Assembly (NCBI GenBank): GCA_023920165.1 | Contig: CP089277.1 | Location: 682,001 to 746,000 of the forward strand | From: Curvularia clavata | Lineage: Eukaryota | DNA: 64,000 bases | Direction: 5' to 3' | Shown: positions 24,744-36,640 of the stretch, in pieces | Numbering within the stretch: position 1 is the stretch's first letter | Layout: each line of letters starts with the position of its first letter | Program-made: the position numbers and the translations under genes | Notes under the pieces: generated by a model | The model's database searches: none | What the model was told of the DNA's origin: nothing | What the model saw: the letters and a program-made list of their open reading frames with translations, nothing else

Positions 24744-26116
24744 ATGACCATCACCAATACTTCAGGCTCTGTAAAGGGCATCTTCTCCCTTCATGTCATC
24801 ACAGCCGGACTGTCCTTCATCCTCCTGCTGGGCGCCCTTGCACTCTTCGCCAAGCAGTTGACCGGTGGCCCAGGACGCCCACGGGCTTTCATGAAGTTCT
24901 GGCAATCAACAGGCAAGAGACATAGGTAAATCCTATCACTTCCCCTCCTTCAACCAAAGCATACTAATCAATCCCCCAAACAGTGCCACCGGTACCCAGT
25001 TCTTTGTCATTACTGGCCTCTTCTGTCTCATGACCGCTTACGCTACTCAATCCGCCATCGTCGCCCTCCAAACAAGATACCCATCTTCCCCTTACTATGT
25101 CACCTCGGCATATGCCTACCCCCGATACACGGGGACCTCAGGCTTTAACCCCTCGACTCAATACGGCAAAATCATCTCCATCCTCTCCTTCCTCTACCAA
25201 TGCGCCCAGATCCTGCTTCAAACCAGCATCGTGGGTGCCATCTGGATCGCTGCAAACCACATTCACAGCAACGGGACTCATCTGCGCGAGCCCGGCTTCC
25301 TCAGCGTCATCTGGAATCTCTTCTGGATGCTTGCGATCCTTGGTCTGGGGTTTGCCAGTTGGGCTGTGGGTCTGGCGAGACGGGGTAGCGGAAACAGCGC
25401 GAGGGCGTATCCGACGCTGATTGGGGGTGATTACACCGTGCGGACATTGTTTGTTACATATGTGGTTGTGGTGATTGTGGCGTCGACGAGTGTGACGATC
25501 GAGGCGGTGTTGTGTTGGATTGGGATTAGGAAGAATGGGCTTCCTGGGGTAGGTCTTATATCCTCTTTCAAGCTTACATTGTATAGAGAAGAGAATGCTA
25601 ACGAGTACACAGAACACCTTCAAATCCGCACTTACTCGCATAGTCATGCTTGTTACACCGATTGTCTGGATCCGCAACGCCTTTTCGGTTGCGCAGATTG
25701 TTATCATCTACTACAACAACAACGCTTGGTCCCGCAGGACAAACAGAGCCCTGGCTTTCCTCTTCATCATTTTCGGCCAGCTGTGCGATTTGGCTATTCT
25801 GGCCTTGCTGCTCTGGTGTGCGTGGAGCTTCGGCCGCAAGGATGACACGCCGTATGTGGTCAAGGACTCACGGTATAGCGAGAGCGTCCGGGATGGCAAT
25901 GTTAGGGATAGCGTGATGGCTGATGGTACCACCACTACTACCAACGGCAACGGATACAACACTACTGCCAACGGCAATGGATACAACACTGCTGCCAACA
26001 GCAACGGATACAATACTGCGACCAACGGCAACACATACACCACCACTCCCAATGGCAATGGACACAACAGCGGATACAACAGGGATCCCGAGTACGTCCC
26101 GCACGTTAGTGTGTGA
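24744..26116 (+). CDS. Multi-pass (about 7 TM) membrane protein with repetitive N/G/Y/T C-terminal tail
   Basis: Introns 24926-24983 and 25549-25612 join three hydrophobic ORFs in frame. Confidence 0.8.
25943..26068 (+). repeat. Coding 27-bp tandem repeat, about 4.7 copies (NGNGYNTxx)
   Basis: Units start at 25943, 25970, 25997, 26024, 26051; consensus aacggcaacggatacaacactgctgcc. Confidence 0.9.
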
Positions 26117-26993
26117 ATGAGATGAAGTCCCAGGTTTTTTTTGTGGCTTCCGGAGATGAGCAGGCGTATGGACTTGTCCAGAAAATTGGCTCGAAGCGTG
26201 GTATTTCCTTGTGATTCTTTAATATGGTTCTTGGCCAGCTTTTTCTTAGCGTACTAGCGTGTACATATATATACGGATGCTTGTAATGAAGTAATTTATC
26301 TTCTTGTTATAAGCAAGGATCAACCTTGTCTCACGTGATTAGCTGGCTTGTGTGAAAGTGAAGATAATATCGCAATTATCACTTCTACTAACGCCTTTGT
26401 AATGCAGTTATAGCGTAACTGCAAGGCGTAGCTATAAGAGTCTTTCTCGGATGGAAGAGTAGTAGTGTTGCAATGTCTGAATATGGGACAAACTGGTGTA
26501 GTCGGACCCGCCCAAAAAGCTACATACTTGAATACGTATTTAATACACAAACCGTGATTCCCTCTTGTGTTCCAATATCTCTATTCGCCTCGAGTTCTTC
26601 CTCACCCCATCCCTGTCTTCGCTAAACCACACATTATCCTGAATCCATGCACCCAAAAAAAGGTCGACGTAGCCACCATATCTACAAGCATCATCCACAT
26701 CATCTTTCTCCACTTTTAGTTTCATATTTGCCCACAGACAGACAAGAAAAAAGCTCTTGATATCCAAAAAAGAAAATTAATTCATCTACAACGAATGAGT
26801 AGCTAAAAGTGAAAAAAAAGCCCTCAAGGCACTTCCCTCGACGGAAGAACGCGCCCCGGGCTACTGGGTATCTTAGAAAAACAGCATGCACTTTCCCTTT
26901 ATGAAATGCAACCAAATCGCGTGAGCAAAACGTACAAACGAACCAGCGTACTACATTCCTCATACGCTCATGACTTCATCCTCATCTTCACAT

Positions 26994-29234
26994 TCAAGCA
27001 TACGTCCTCACTCCCCTTTCATCACCATGCCTGAAAAACCCACTCCCACTGAACCCCTCTTCCTTTGGCGTGATCCACTCATCAGGCGACGCAACACCTT
27101 CTGTGCTTGATCTCTGCGCCAAGTCCTCGGAGTAAACGCTCTCGGAGTCATGGCGCCAGCCGTGCTGTGCGCCATGGGAGTAAAAATTGGTGTCTTGGTT
27201 GCGCGAGTTGGCACGCGGAGTGGAGCAGCTCATGCGCTGACTGTCTTCTGAGGACGAAAGGATGAGCATGTCGGGGGATGGGGTGGGGTAGGAAGGCGAA
27301 GTGGTAGCGCCGCTGGCGATGAGTTTGTTGACGAGGGCATGGAGATTAGAGAGGTCGTCTTGGAAGGTTTGGACGCGATGTTCCAGTGCTATTCGCGCGT
27401 TTCGCTCAAGCTCGAGTTTGGCGTGCATGTCTTGCAGGGCCTTGGCTTGTTCGGTGTTGCTGGGACCATGAGCGACGGGCGCAGTCCATGTTGGAGAGTT
27501 GGTCACGGGTACAGGCTCGTCTGCTACGGGTGCACTGCTACTCTGACGGCGAAGCTCTTGGTGGATGCTCGGTGCAGAGCGCGAGTGAGACCGTGACGCA
27601 GATACGGAAGTACTTCGGTCTCTTGATCGAAGGTTCCGGGGCGCGTTTTCAAGGATGATGGTTTGTCTGTTGTTGCGGGATGAAAGGCGGTGAGTGAGAG
27701 TTTCAAGGTCGGAATACTTCGTCTCCAGCCGTGCAACACGCTCCTCTATCGAAACTCGCTTCTCACTCGATGACGGAAGAGACTGCTCCGGTGAGATTTC
27801 TTCCTTGGCAGGCTCATGAACTGGTTCGCGTTCTGCCGGCGGCGGGCCGACCAGCACGGCGTTGTCCAAATCGCCGAAATTGAAATTTGAGACCGGGACT
27901 TGCTCGACTGCGTCTTCCATGTGCTTTGGCGGTTCCGCTTCTGGTGATGTTGGTGTTTGAGGATCATCGGCTTGCACAAGCGTAGCGCTCATCTCGTTGA
28001 ATGACCCCACTTCTGGCTCCTGGAAGGTCGGCTCTTGCATCTGCACACTGCGGAGGGTCTCTGGCTCCGCCGACCTTGCTGTTCCAGGTCGGCTGTAGAC
28101 ACTTGCCGACATGTAGCTCTGTCGCCAGTATTTAATCTCGGCACTTCTTCTTCTCTCAGTCGAAGCGAATCCCTTGGCTATGTCATGAAGAGCATCTGCA
28201 CTCCGTGATCTGCGCCGGTCTGGTTTCGAGGTCGCTTGGAATGGGCTGGAGACGGCAATGCCGATACCAGAAGGAGATATTTCATCTTCTTCCTGCCTTT
28301 CATCCCAGGTCGCCATGTTTGGCCGCGACTCGTCCAAGCTGTGGCGATGAGCAACAGCGCTGGGGATTGTAGGGAGCGTAGCCCTCCGGCGGCCAAGGTC
28401 CGGCCTGTTCACGTCGAAAGTAAGATATTCATCAGGCGGACTGACTGGTGGTGCATTCACGTTCATTGGGTAAGGCAAATGCTGGCCCAAGGGGTGCAAT
28501 GGCTCCAGCTCCTTGACCGGCAAATCAGAAATGCGCGGCCCAGCTGGAGACGGAGATTTTCGTGCTTCTGTTGGTGGTGTCGATCTTAACAAGCCCGGAT
28601 CCTATACAATGTTAGCAATATAACGTCACGTGTTCCACAATTCACTTACGCTATGGTGATAGCTGTGGCCGCGACGCGTGGTCTCTTCCTCCTGATGGTG
28701 TTCTGGCTCGGGACTCTTCTTGCCGAACATCTTGCGGAAGACATTCCTGAGTCCGCTTTTGCGCTTCTTCTGCACATTCTTTGCAGCGGCGCTTTCGGGC
28801 GTTGACCGGAAAGGCGTCGGAGATGCGAGGCCGCTCTGGGGCACGACGCTGTCGCGCTGGATGATGGTCACCGGCTGCATATTGAGCGGTGATCTCACCG
28901 GAGGGTGCTCTTGCGCTTCCTCGTGTTGCTGCGACTGCTCTGCGACGAGATTTGATCGCAATGGCATGGGATGGTCCGAAACTGCTGGTGGAGAATGCAA
29001 GGGCCTCGGCGGAGACACAGATTGTTGGCGCTGCTCTTCGAGCGACGTGTCTGGCGGATGAGTGGCTTCATTGCGTGCTGCATTTTCTGCGTACTTCTTC
29101 TCTTCCTCGTCATTCAGCGGCGTGTCCTCGGTGATAGGAATGGGGCCGCTAATCTTTAAATCCCCCCTCCTGATAGCTTCGGCCTTCCAACTGGACCGGT
29201 GCAGTAGCGAAGGCGGCGATGCCGATGCACTCAT
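26994..29234 (-). CDS. Hypothetical disordered protein with two coiled coils
   Basis: Likely ATG 29234 (MSASASPPSL..RRGDLKISGPIPI); intron 28602-28649 joins the 253-aa and 532-aa ORFs. Coiled coils SIEERVARLETK and LELERNARIALEHRV. Confidence 0.8.
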
Positions 29235-29637
29235 GTTAGTGACGACGAAGCCTTCTCGTTGAAGCATGGAGGTACCGAGGCGATTTCCGGGAAGGGAAAT
29301 AACGTCAGTGTAAGGCGGGCCACTTTTGGAGATTGCGGTGTCGTAGTTGCGACAGGGATGCCTCAGTTCAGACGGTGGCGCTTCCAACGACCATCACCAC
29401 TTGTGCAAGCCGGTGTGCATTCGAGAAGGGCGACGGAATAGCCAAGCCAGTGCGGAAACGATTCCTTCGTTGTGCTAAAGAAAGAAATGATGATTGCTGG
29501 CGAGTGGGAACAATCTGCTGGAAAGAATTGACAAAAGGGCTGGAAATGAACAAAAATAGAATGGAAGCAGATTGGGCAAAGACAAAGAGTGACGAGGTTA
29601 AACAACGCGAGTAGTAATGGGTATGCAGTGCCACCGA

Positions 29638-29669
29638 CAGCAGGAGCAGCAGCAGCAGCAGGAACAGCA
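29638..29669. repeat. Imperfect CAG/CTG microsatellite, non-coding
   Basis: cagcaggagcagcagcagcagcaggaacagca. Confidence 0.8.
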
Positions 29670-30347
29670 AGAGAGCAAAGAGGACGACGACCGAGGGAAC
29701 GGCGGGCGCGTAAAGGGCCTATGTATCAAACGGAACGACAGGCTTGGGCAGATTGGAGCGTCATGGACCTTTTCGGACCAGGGTGGTCTGGGTGGGGAGG
29801 CTTTGTCGGAGGCGCGCACGGCTGGAAGAAGGGTAGGAAGCTATTATAGAATGGCGTATTTGCGAATCAAGGAGCATGACCGACAAACAGGCATGGCCTG
29901 ACTTTTTGCTTGCCAGTAGCACGCTTTGGGGCTGGTGGATTGGCAGCCGTTGCTGCTACGGCTACGGCTGCAGCAGCATAGCATGGAGAAAGCTGGTCGC
30001 CAACACATGCACTGCACTCTGCGGCGGCCCACGGCGGCGCAAAGGCAGGCATGTCGCTGCTGGACCGATCAGTGGAACCTGATGGATGCAGCTGCACGGA
30101 TTCTCCTCAAACGGGTACGGCCTGGCAATCGATAATACGCTGCAGAGTCCGTCCGCGAACCTCTCAGCGCCAGTATCTGAAACGTCGGCCTTTTACCTAT
30201 TCGACATGGCCCTCCGCAGCTATAGGGTTATGGGTGCCACACCCACACACGCGGATACTCTGGTCTACGCCTACCCGTACTCAGATACAGACAAACGCCA
30301 GCCTAGCATCGACCCCGCAGAAAGCCTAATCTCAACGAGAGCTGGGC

Positions 30348-30363
30348 GGGGGGGGGGGGGGGG
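30348..30363. repeat. Poly-G homopolymer (G16)
   Basis: Sixteen consecutive G residues in intergenic DNA. Confidence 0.9.
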
Positions 30364-31764
30364 ACGAAGGCGAGTCCAAGGGCCGACAGCTCGCGACCGC
30401 CCCACTCCCATGGACAGGGCCTCAATCCTGTGTCGTGCGTCCGTCGCAAGTGACATGTCCGCCAGGCGAGTCTAGGTTTGTGGTTGGCGCCGCCATGTCA
30501 TGAAGATAGAAGCCTCTTTTTTGGCTGCCCTCGTCGGTCGCGTTCGTTTAAGTCCCGAACCTTGCACTGTCAATCCCCCCTGACCTCATCCGTGCATTAA
30601 CGCGTTTGAGAAGGTCGACCCTAAACCCTAAGAGACAACCAACAGGCTGCCTGGGACGGGCTACATTTGCTCAGGCCCTCTGCTCCCCTCCTCCCCCACT
30701 CTCCAAGATACCGTCTATCGTGAATTTGTTTGGTACTCTACTGCAGGTGTTGATGTAAACTCGCATGAGCACGACGACCAACGAGAGGCCAAGACAGCTT
30801 CAACGCTCAGCACATTCGGTCCAGAGCCGAGTGCCCTGACAAGAGCGTTGAGAAGCGGCTGCGACGTGGCCGAGTCCGCCTGGCTCGCGCCGTTTTGATC
30901 TGTCTTCATTTCTTCCCTTTTGTCATGCCATATGATACCTCTACATCCGCGCGTGCCCGCTGATTGTATGCGTACTCAGTTAGGTTGGCTGCGCCATTGT
31001 ATTGGATTTTGCATTTGCGACTCGCCAGCCGTCACACTCTAACCTGCACATCACACACACTCATGGTAGCTCCCGCGCCGAGAGAGGGTTTTGTGGCTAC
31101 GTTGCGTTACCGAGCACATTACTCGCAGCCGCAGTCTTTTTCCCATCTCGTGGTTGCGTGCGCCCGCAGCAGAAAAAGGACCCTTGGCGTATTCGATACG
31201 CACGCCCTGCTGCTGCTAGATGCTGCATGTCGAGAGGATAGCTTTGCCGTCGTGCCGTCGTCGGCAGCACTCCAAGGCTCGTATTGTCCAGCCAGCATAG
31301 CGCGCCGGGGCTTGGTGTTTGATCGTATGGTCAGTCTCAACCTGGGACGCGCTTTTGACGCTGGACTACTGCAGCTAGAGTCATGGCCTACCGCCGTCTG
31401 TATGTGTGAGCTGCAGTCGCTTCGGTGCCGCCGCTGAGCCAAACCACCGCACGGATGCAGCGTCGTGGCCGCCACAGCGCTTGGGCCGCCCGGCCAATAA
31501 CAAGCCACCGAACATGCGCGCAAGCCATTTCCCCACATCCTCTTGCTTTTGTCTGTTCATTGCTCCAACAAAGCCATTCTGGGCACAGAACCACTCTCCT
31601 CTGACAGTGTTTGTTTGTGATGCCGCGGCTCGCTTGTCGATCCAACACCGATAACAACTTGAGCTGCGGCCCACAGTTCCACGGTTGGCCCCATGTCGCA
31701 GCCTCTTTCTCCCCCCTCCCCCCTCCCCCCATGCTGCACGAGCAATATCCTCCCGTCTTGCCAT

Positions 31765-34564
31765 CTATTTCGTTTGGTCCGCGTAAACGTCCGCGAGGTT
31801 CGGGTACCTGAGATCGGCGTGATCTTCTAGATGCTGCATCCACGCTTTGAGGAACTTTGAACCACTACACGACAAAACATTCAACATGTGTTAGCAATCA
31901 ATGCATATTCAAGTTGCTTTTTGTACGGCCACCACCGCCGCTCTTTGCCGTTGAGTATGCTGTATGTACGGCGTCCCGGGGGCATGGGTGTGGTATGCAG
32001 ACGACAGGGGAGAGGTGCGTGGAAACTCTGGCAATGACAAGACAAGGGAGCATGTGTCACGGCAGTTTCATCCTTTGGGTCCACTGAGTCTGCCTCTGCG
32101 CGCGGGACGCGACAGGCACAACCTCAAGTTTCAGGATCCAAAAGAGGCCGCACACAGCAGTGGGCAGAGGTTGATTGTGGGATCAAAAGGGAAGGACGGC
32201 GTCTGCCGGGGTCATAGATTAGGAACGCAGTGGATACGTACCTGCCAATTGTGTCCGAGTCTCCAATCACACAGAGATGCCGCTTCGGGCGTGTCATGGC
32301 CACTGCAATGCTCTCGTCAGCTCTTGATCAAAAAGGCTCGCTGCAGATGGCAATTCAATGCGTCGATATTGCGGCCCGATGGTGATTGGCACTTTCGTGA
32401 CGTACCATTGAGTCGTCTCTTCTCGCCCAGAAACCCAACTTCATGCTCTGTGTTGCTCCGCACCGTACTGACAATGACAGCTTCCTTCTCCCTGCCCTGG
32501 AATCCGTCAACGGACCCCAGTTCGATGCCAGGATATTCCTCTTTAAGCATCCCGGCAAGCAATGCGAGCTACTCACGTCAACCTTCGTCCCGGCTGCCGG
32601 TATACGTATGCCTACCTGTGCATTGTATGGCGTAACCACTGCAATGTCCTCGGCCTTTACGCCGGCATTGACCAGATTTCCGACGTGCATCCTCACCAAT
32701 GCTGCCTCAGCCTCGTTGCACTTACTATCACCTAGACTCATGCCTTTGCCTCCTTTCCCAATCACACCCTCGTCTTCTGTCTTTTCAGGAAAATCTCCTC
32801 CCTGCGTGTCCCAGAAGACCAGAGGTTCCCGCGTGTCTTCAGTGTCCTCAACCTCATACTTGAGGTCCTTGAGCAGTCGCTCCTTGACAAAATCAGCTGC
32901 GATGAGCTTCGAATCATAGAGCTCGTCGGACGGAAAGCGCATGATCTTCTCATGCATTCGGTATTGCGTTGTGAGCATCCGCTTGATCGACGGGCCGTGC
33001 AAGGACAGAAGTCGATCGAACAATGTTGTCTCCAGGGTTATACCCTCGAGCGGCTTTATCAAGGATCTATCCGCATCATCTTCCGACGCCTTGGCTTTCT
33101 TCTCTTTGCTCTTCTTTGCAGATTTGGCGTCCTTGGAATTCAAGGACTTAATAGTCGGTGGTAATTGCAAGTGGTCACCAGCCAGCACCAGTTTGTTTGC
33201 CTTGACCCACAGAAGAGGCACCCAGCACTGCGCCTCCAGAGCCTGACTCGCTTCATCCACAATAACAACGTCAAACTCTTGCCCCTTGATGTGAAAACCC
33301 CCCGCCCCGTGTAATGTGGCGAGTACCACCTTACTCCCCGTGACGAGGTTGTTGACACATCCCTTCTCTCGCTCTCTATACTCCTGACGTAGCTCTTTCA
33401 GCTCCGTGTAAATCTGCCGCCGTTCTTTCGCGTTGCGTGTCTTGCGAATAGACGATTGTTTTTCGTCCATCTCTTTGCGGACATCTTGGACCAAGGCAGC
33501 GGCTTCTGAAGTTCGAGTGAGTACGTCCAGAGAGTGATTGAGCACTGACGGCAGGAGGCGTGCTGGATGTCCCAAGCGTACCATGGGTACCTTGTGAGGA
33601 GCTAGCCGCTCGACAATGTTGTCCACTGATATGTTAGAAGGGCCGCATACTAGTAGACGTAGTTTTTGCTTGACAAGTTGTAGAATTAGTTCAATGAGGG
33701 TGTGTGTTTTTCCTGTGCCGGGTGGCCCATGGATAAGAGCGACTTCTCGTGAGGCTAGCGCGAATCTGACAGCTTCTTTCTGGCTATCATTCAGTGAAGG
33801 GTCATTCCATTCGAGCTTATGAAGTGGATTTGAAGGGTCGTTCAAATCAGATGGAAGAGGACTTGGCGACGCCTGTCCAAACAGCACTCGCATGAAAGGC
33901 GTATACTCTTGGTCCCCGAGTTTCTGGAGCCGGCTCATAGTCTGGTTCATCCTATCATCAATGAGCAATCACGCAAAGCTGTTTGGTCGAGGAGAACATT
34001 TGTAGGCAGCAAAAACGTACCTTTTGTAGGTGACGTCGTTGGCCAATTTGACTCTAATCCACATATCAGCCTCCACTGTCCTATCGCAGCAGCACCACAA
34101 GCCCATTTTGCGTAGACTGACATCCATAATTTGCTGCCACTCGGCACATCCGCATCCTCTTTATCCAGCACAATTTCCACATTCTCCCGCCGCACTCTCA
34201 GCACAACACCCTCGACGCCTTTCTTCTCCAGCTCTTTCTTCTCGACCTTCTTTGCGCTTCCGCTAGGCTGGTCCTGCACAGAGATTATGTCGCCGACGCG
34301 GATGCCGTGCTCAGGAATGTCGGGTTTCTCGCCTTTGGCCACAACGGCGGAGTCCAGGCCGAGCTCGACAACTGTCTTGCCGCCTAGTCCTGTACGTATG
34401 GAGGATACAGTAAGGTTCAGAATTGCGAGGCCGGCGCGGGCGAGGGCCGTAGGCGTGTGCGACGAGAGCAACGCATTAGTCTCTGAGAGTTCGGCTTGAA
34501 GCTCGGCGTCGAGAAGCGTTAGTTGCGAGGCGGCGAAGGAGGGGATGTCTGTAGGATTCGACAT
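31765..34564 (-). CDS. HCS1: SF1 Upf1-like helicase Hcs1 / IGHMBP2 (SMUBP-2)
   Basis: Introns 34054-34121, 33952-34020, 32569-32615, 32303-32405, 31865-32241. Motifs [51 protein letters not shown]; last exon [22 protein letters not shown]. Confidence 0.93.
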
Positions 34565-35259
34565 TATTTGGGTCTGGAAAGTCAATGTCTAGTGTAGGGA
34601 ATGTAAAAGTGAGGTACAGGTGAATGAGGGAAAGCGTAGGTGCGTTTAGTAGGATGGTGGGGTAGCCTTTTGGGGTGCGCGGGCAGGGCTTGTTTGTGAG
34701 TTTTTGATGTTGATTGTGGGTTGCGGACGCGCTGTTGTCTGTCACTAGCAGACAACTCAAGAATGAGTGCAGAACTGTACCTTGTGCTGCGAACGAAGCA
34801 GTTGCAAATCGCGTCGTCGTCATAGTTCCTTCGGTATCGCGTCTTGCGCTAGCCTAGCTTGGACTGGCCACTCGAGAGATGGAGAGGTGCGAGCAACTAC
34901 GCAGACCATCACACTCATTCAGAGAACATATGCATCATCTTTTTGCCCTCGGTATGGTCGGAAAGGATCTGTGAAGACGTCGCTTATGTACTCTTCTTTC
35001 ACAAAATGGTGGTCGAATGGCTTGCTCCGCCAATCCTACTAGACAGTAGCAGTATACCTTCCCCGGCCTATTCTCTCATCAGTTCATGGTAAAGCGAACA
35101 ATGCACTTGCTTCACGGGTACATGAACTCATAAGAGCAAGTATCAGAAAAATTGGCTGTTGAAGGCTCTATCGTCGAGCACGAGCATTTCTATTTTTCAT
35201 CTTTGTCTCGCAAAATCGCTAGTTCCACTTTGATGGATATTTTCCAAACGTACTGTATC

Positions 35260-36640
35260 TCATACATCATTGATGCGCCCTACACAGTAGCCTGTAAAGT
35301 TGTATAACCAGAATGTCTCAGGAGTAGACAAATTTGTTCCGTGTTCGGCCACTGCAGTCAAACTCGTCTGGTTTCGCGTGAGCCATTTCTTGTCAAATTC
35401 TATGTTGGACGCAAGGCCCAGGAACCGAGTACGTGGGACCAGCCACCAAAAGTCCTCACGGCCCACGCAACCAAGATCGACCTTTGGGTTCCAGCTAGTA
35501 TATAATCCATCCGGGCTTTTGTTAGTCTCGATGGCTGCAACGACAATAAGGCCGACGGCGAAGCTCGTCAAGAGCAGTGTATAAATCCTGTACCATGTGC
35601 TGGATATGCACGGTATGATGACGTTTGTTGTCTTCCCTTTAAAGAAAAGTACCATATATAGAATGGCGGTAATGGAAGTAAAGAGGAGATAGAAAATATC
35701 GAGCAAGAAGAAAGTCATCGTATATAGCACGTGCCCCCCATAAACTGGCACAGCGCAGAATAATGCCAACAGCCAAACCGCCCATACCAAGCATAGGAAG
35801 CAGACACGAAAAATGCGACTTCCCCATGACTCTGCGGGAGTTTTGAAGCCGGCCGAATGAAACTGCGACACCAACAATGGGTCAAGTCCGCTCCGAGATT
35901 CGTGGACATGGATTTCACCATCCTTACTATCAGATCTCAGTGAGCGCGGAGACACCAATTCCCATGTAGAGCTCTTGCGCGGCATATAGTCCTGGTAAAC
36001 ATAGTCCTCTGTCAGCCACGCGGCGGCACACAAGCGTAGCAGGCCCAGGATAGCCAGCGGGAAGAATAGGGTATCAATTCCGAATCCAATGCTTGTAGCT
36101 GTCGGCAATGATGATTGAGCAATGGCACTCATGAGAAGATACACGGCCGAGACTCCTTGTAGCGTCGTGATAACAGTTTTGAACATGGTCAAAGAAAAGA
36201 CTTTTGTATGTGTACCCTCCGGACGCCGGAGGCAGTGGGCCGCGGTGATCGAGCCCATGTGTTCTCCGCCATCCCATCCATTCGACGTCCAGAATATCGC
36301 GTTACTCGCTGCGAAGTCTTCACGACTCCAGTTCTTGGCGCGAATTCGCCGGTCAGTTATGGCTGCGTATCGCCAAATGATGGATGTTGGGTTGTAGATA
36401 CACATGTAGTCGTACCATCTGGGTCTGCGGTCCGTGAGGTATGATGGTTGAGGTGCTCCTGAAACCACATGCTACAAATGGAAATAGTTGTATTAGCATA
36501 ACTGTTTTCTCAACTGGATATTGCGGATGGCATACGGCAATCAAGGGTGCGAGACAGAGCGTGATCAATGAAATCCAATCTGGGAAAGTAATGCATTTGC
36601 TATTCAAGCGCATTGGCTCAATAGTGATGCTCGCAACCAT
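35260..36640 (-). CDS. Multi-pass membrane protein of unknown function
   Basis: Intron 36472-36535 joins DWISLITLCLAPLIA to HVVSGAPQPSYL; 402-aa second exon with several TM helices. Confidence 0.8.

Noticed and set aside
29136..29165. KISGPIPIT as a CRIB or calcineurin PxIxIT motif
   Set aside because: Lacks the CRIB FxHxxH half and does not match PxIxIT spacing exactly.
30618..30631. ACCCTAAACCCTAA telomere-like sequence
   Set aside because: Only two units; compatible with chance.
31865..32241. TPP riboswitch, SRP RNA or RNase P/MRP identity for the structured HCS1 intron
   Set aside because: I could not find the TPP core, the SRP helix-8 motif or a complete P4 consensus. An Rfam scan is still needed.
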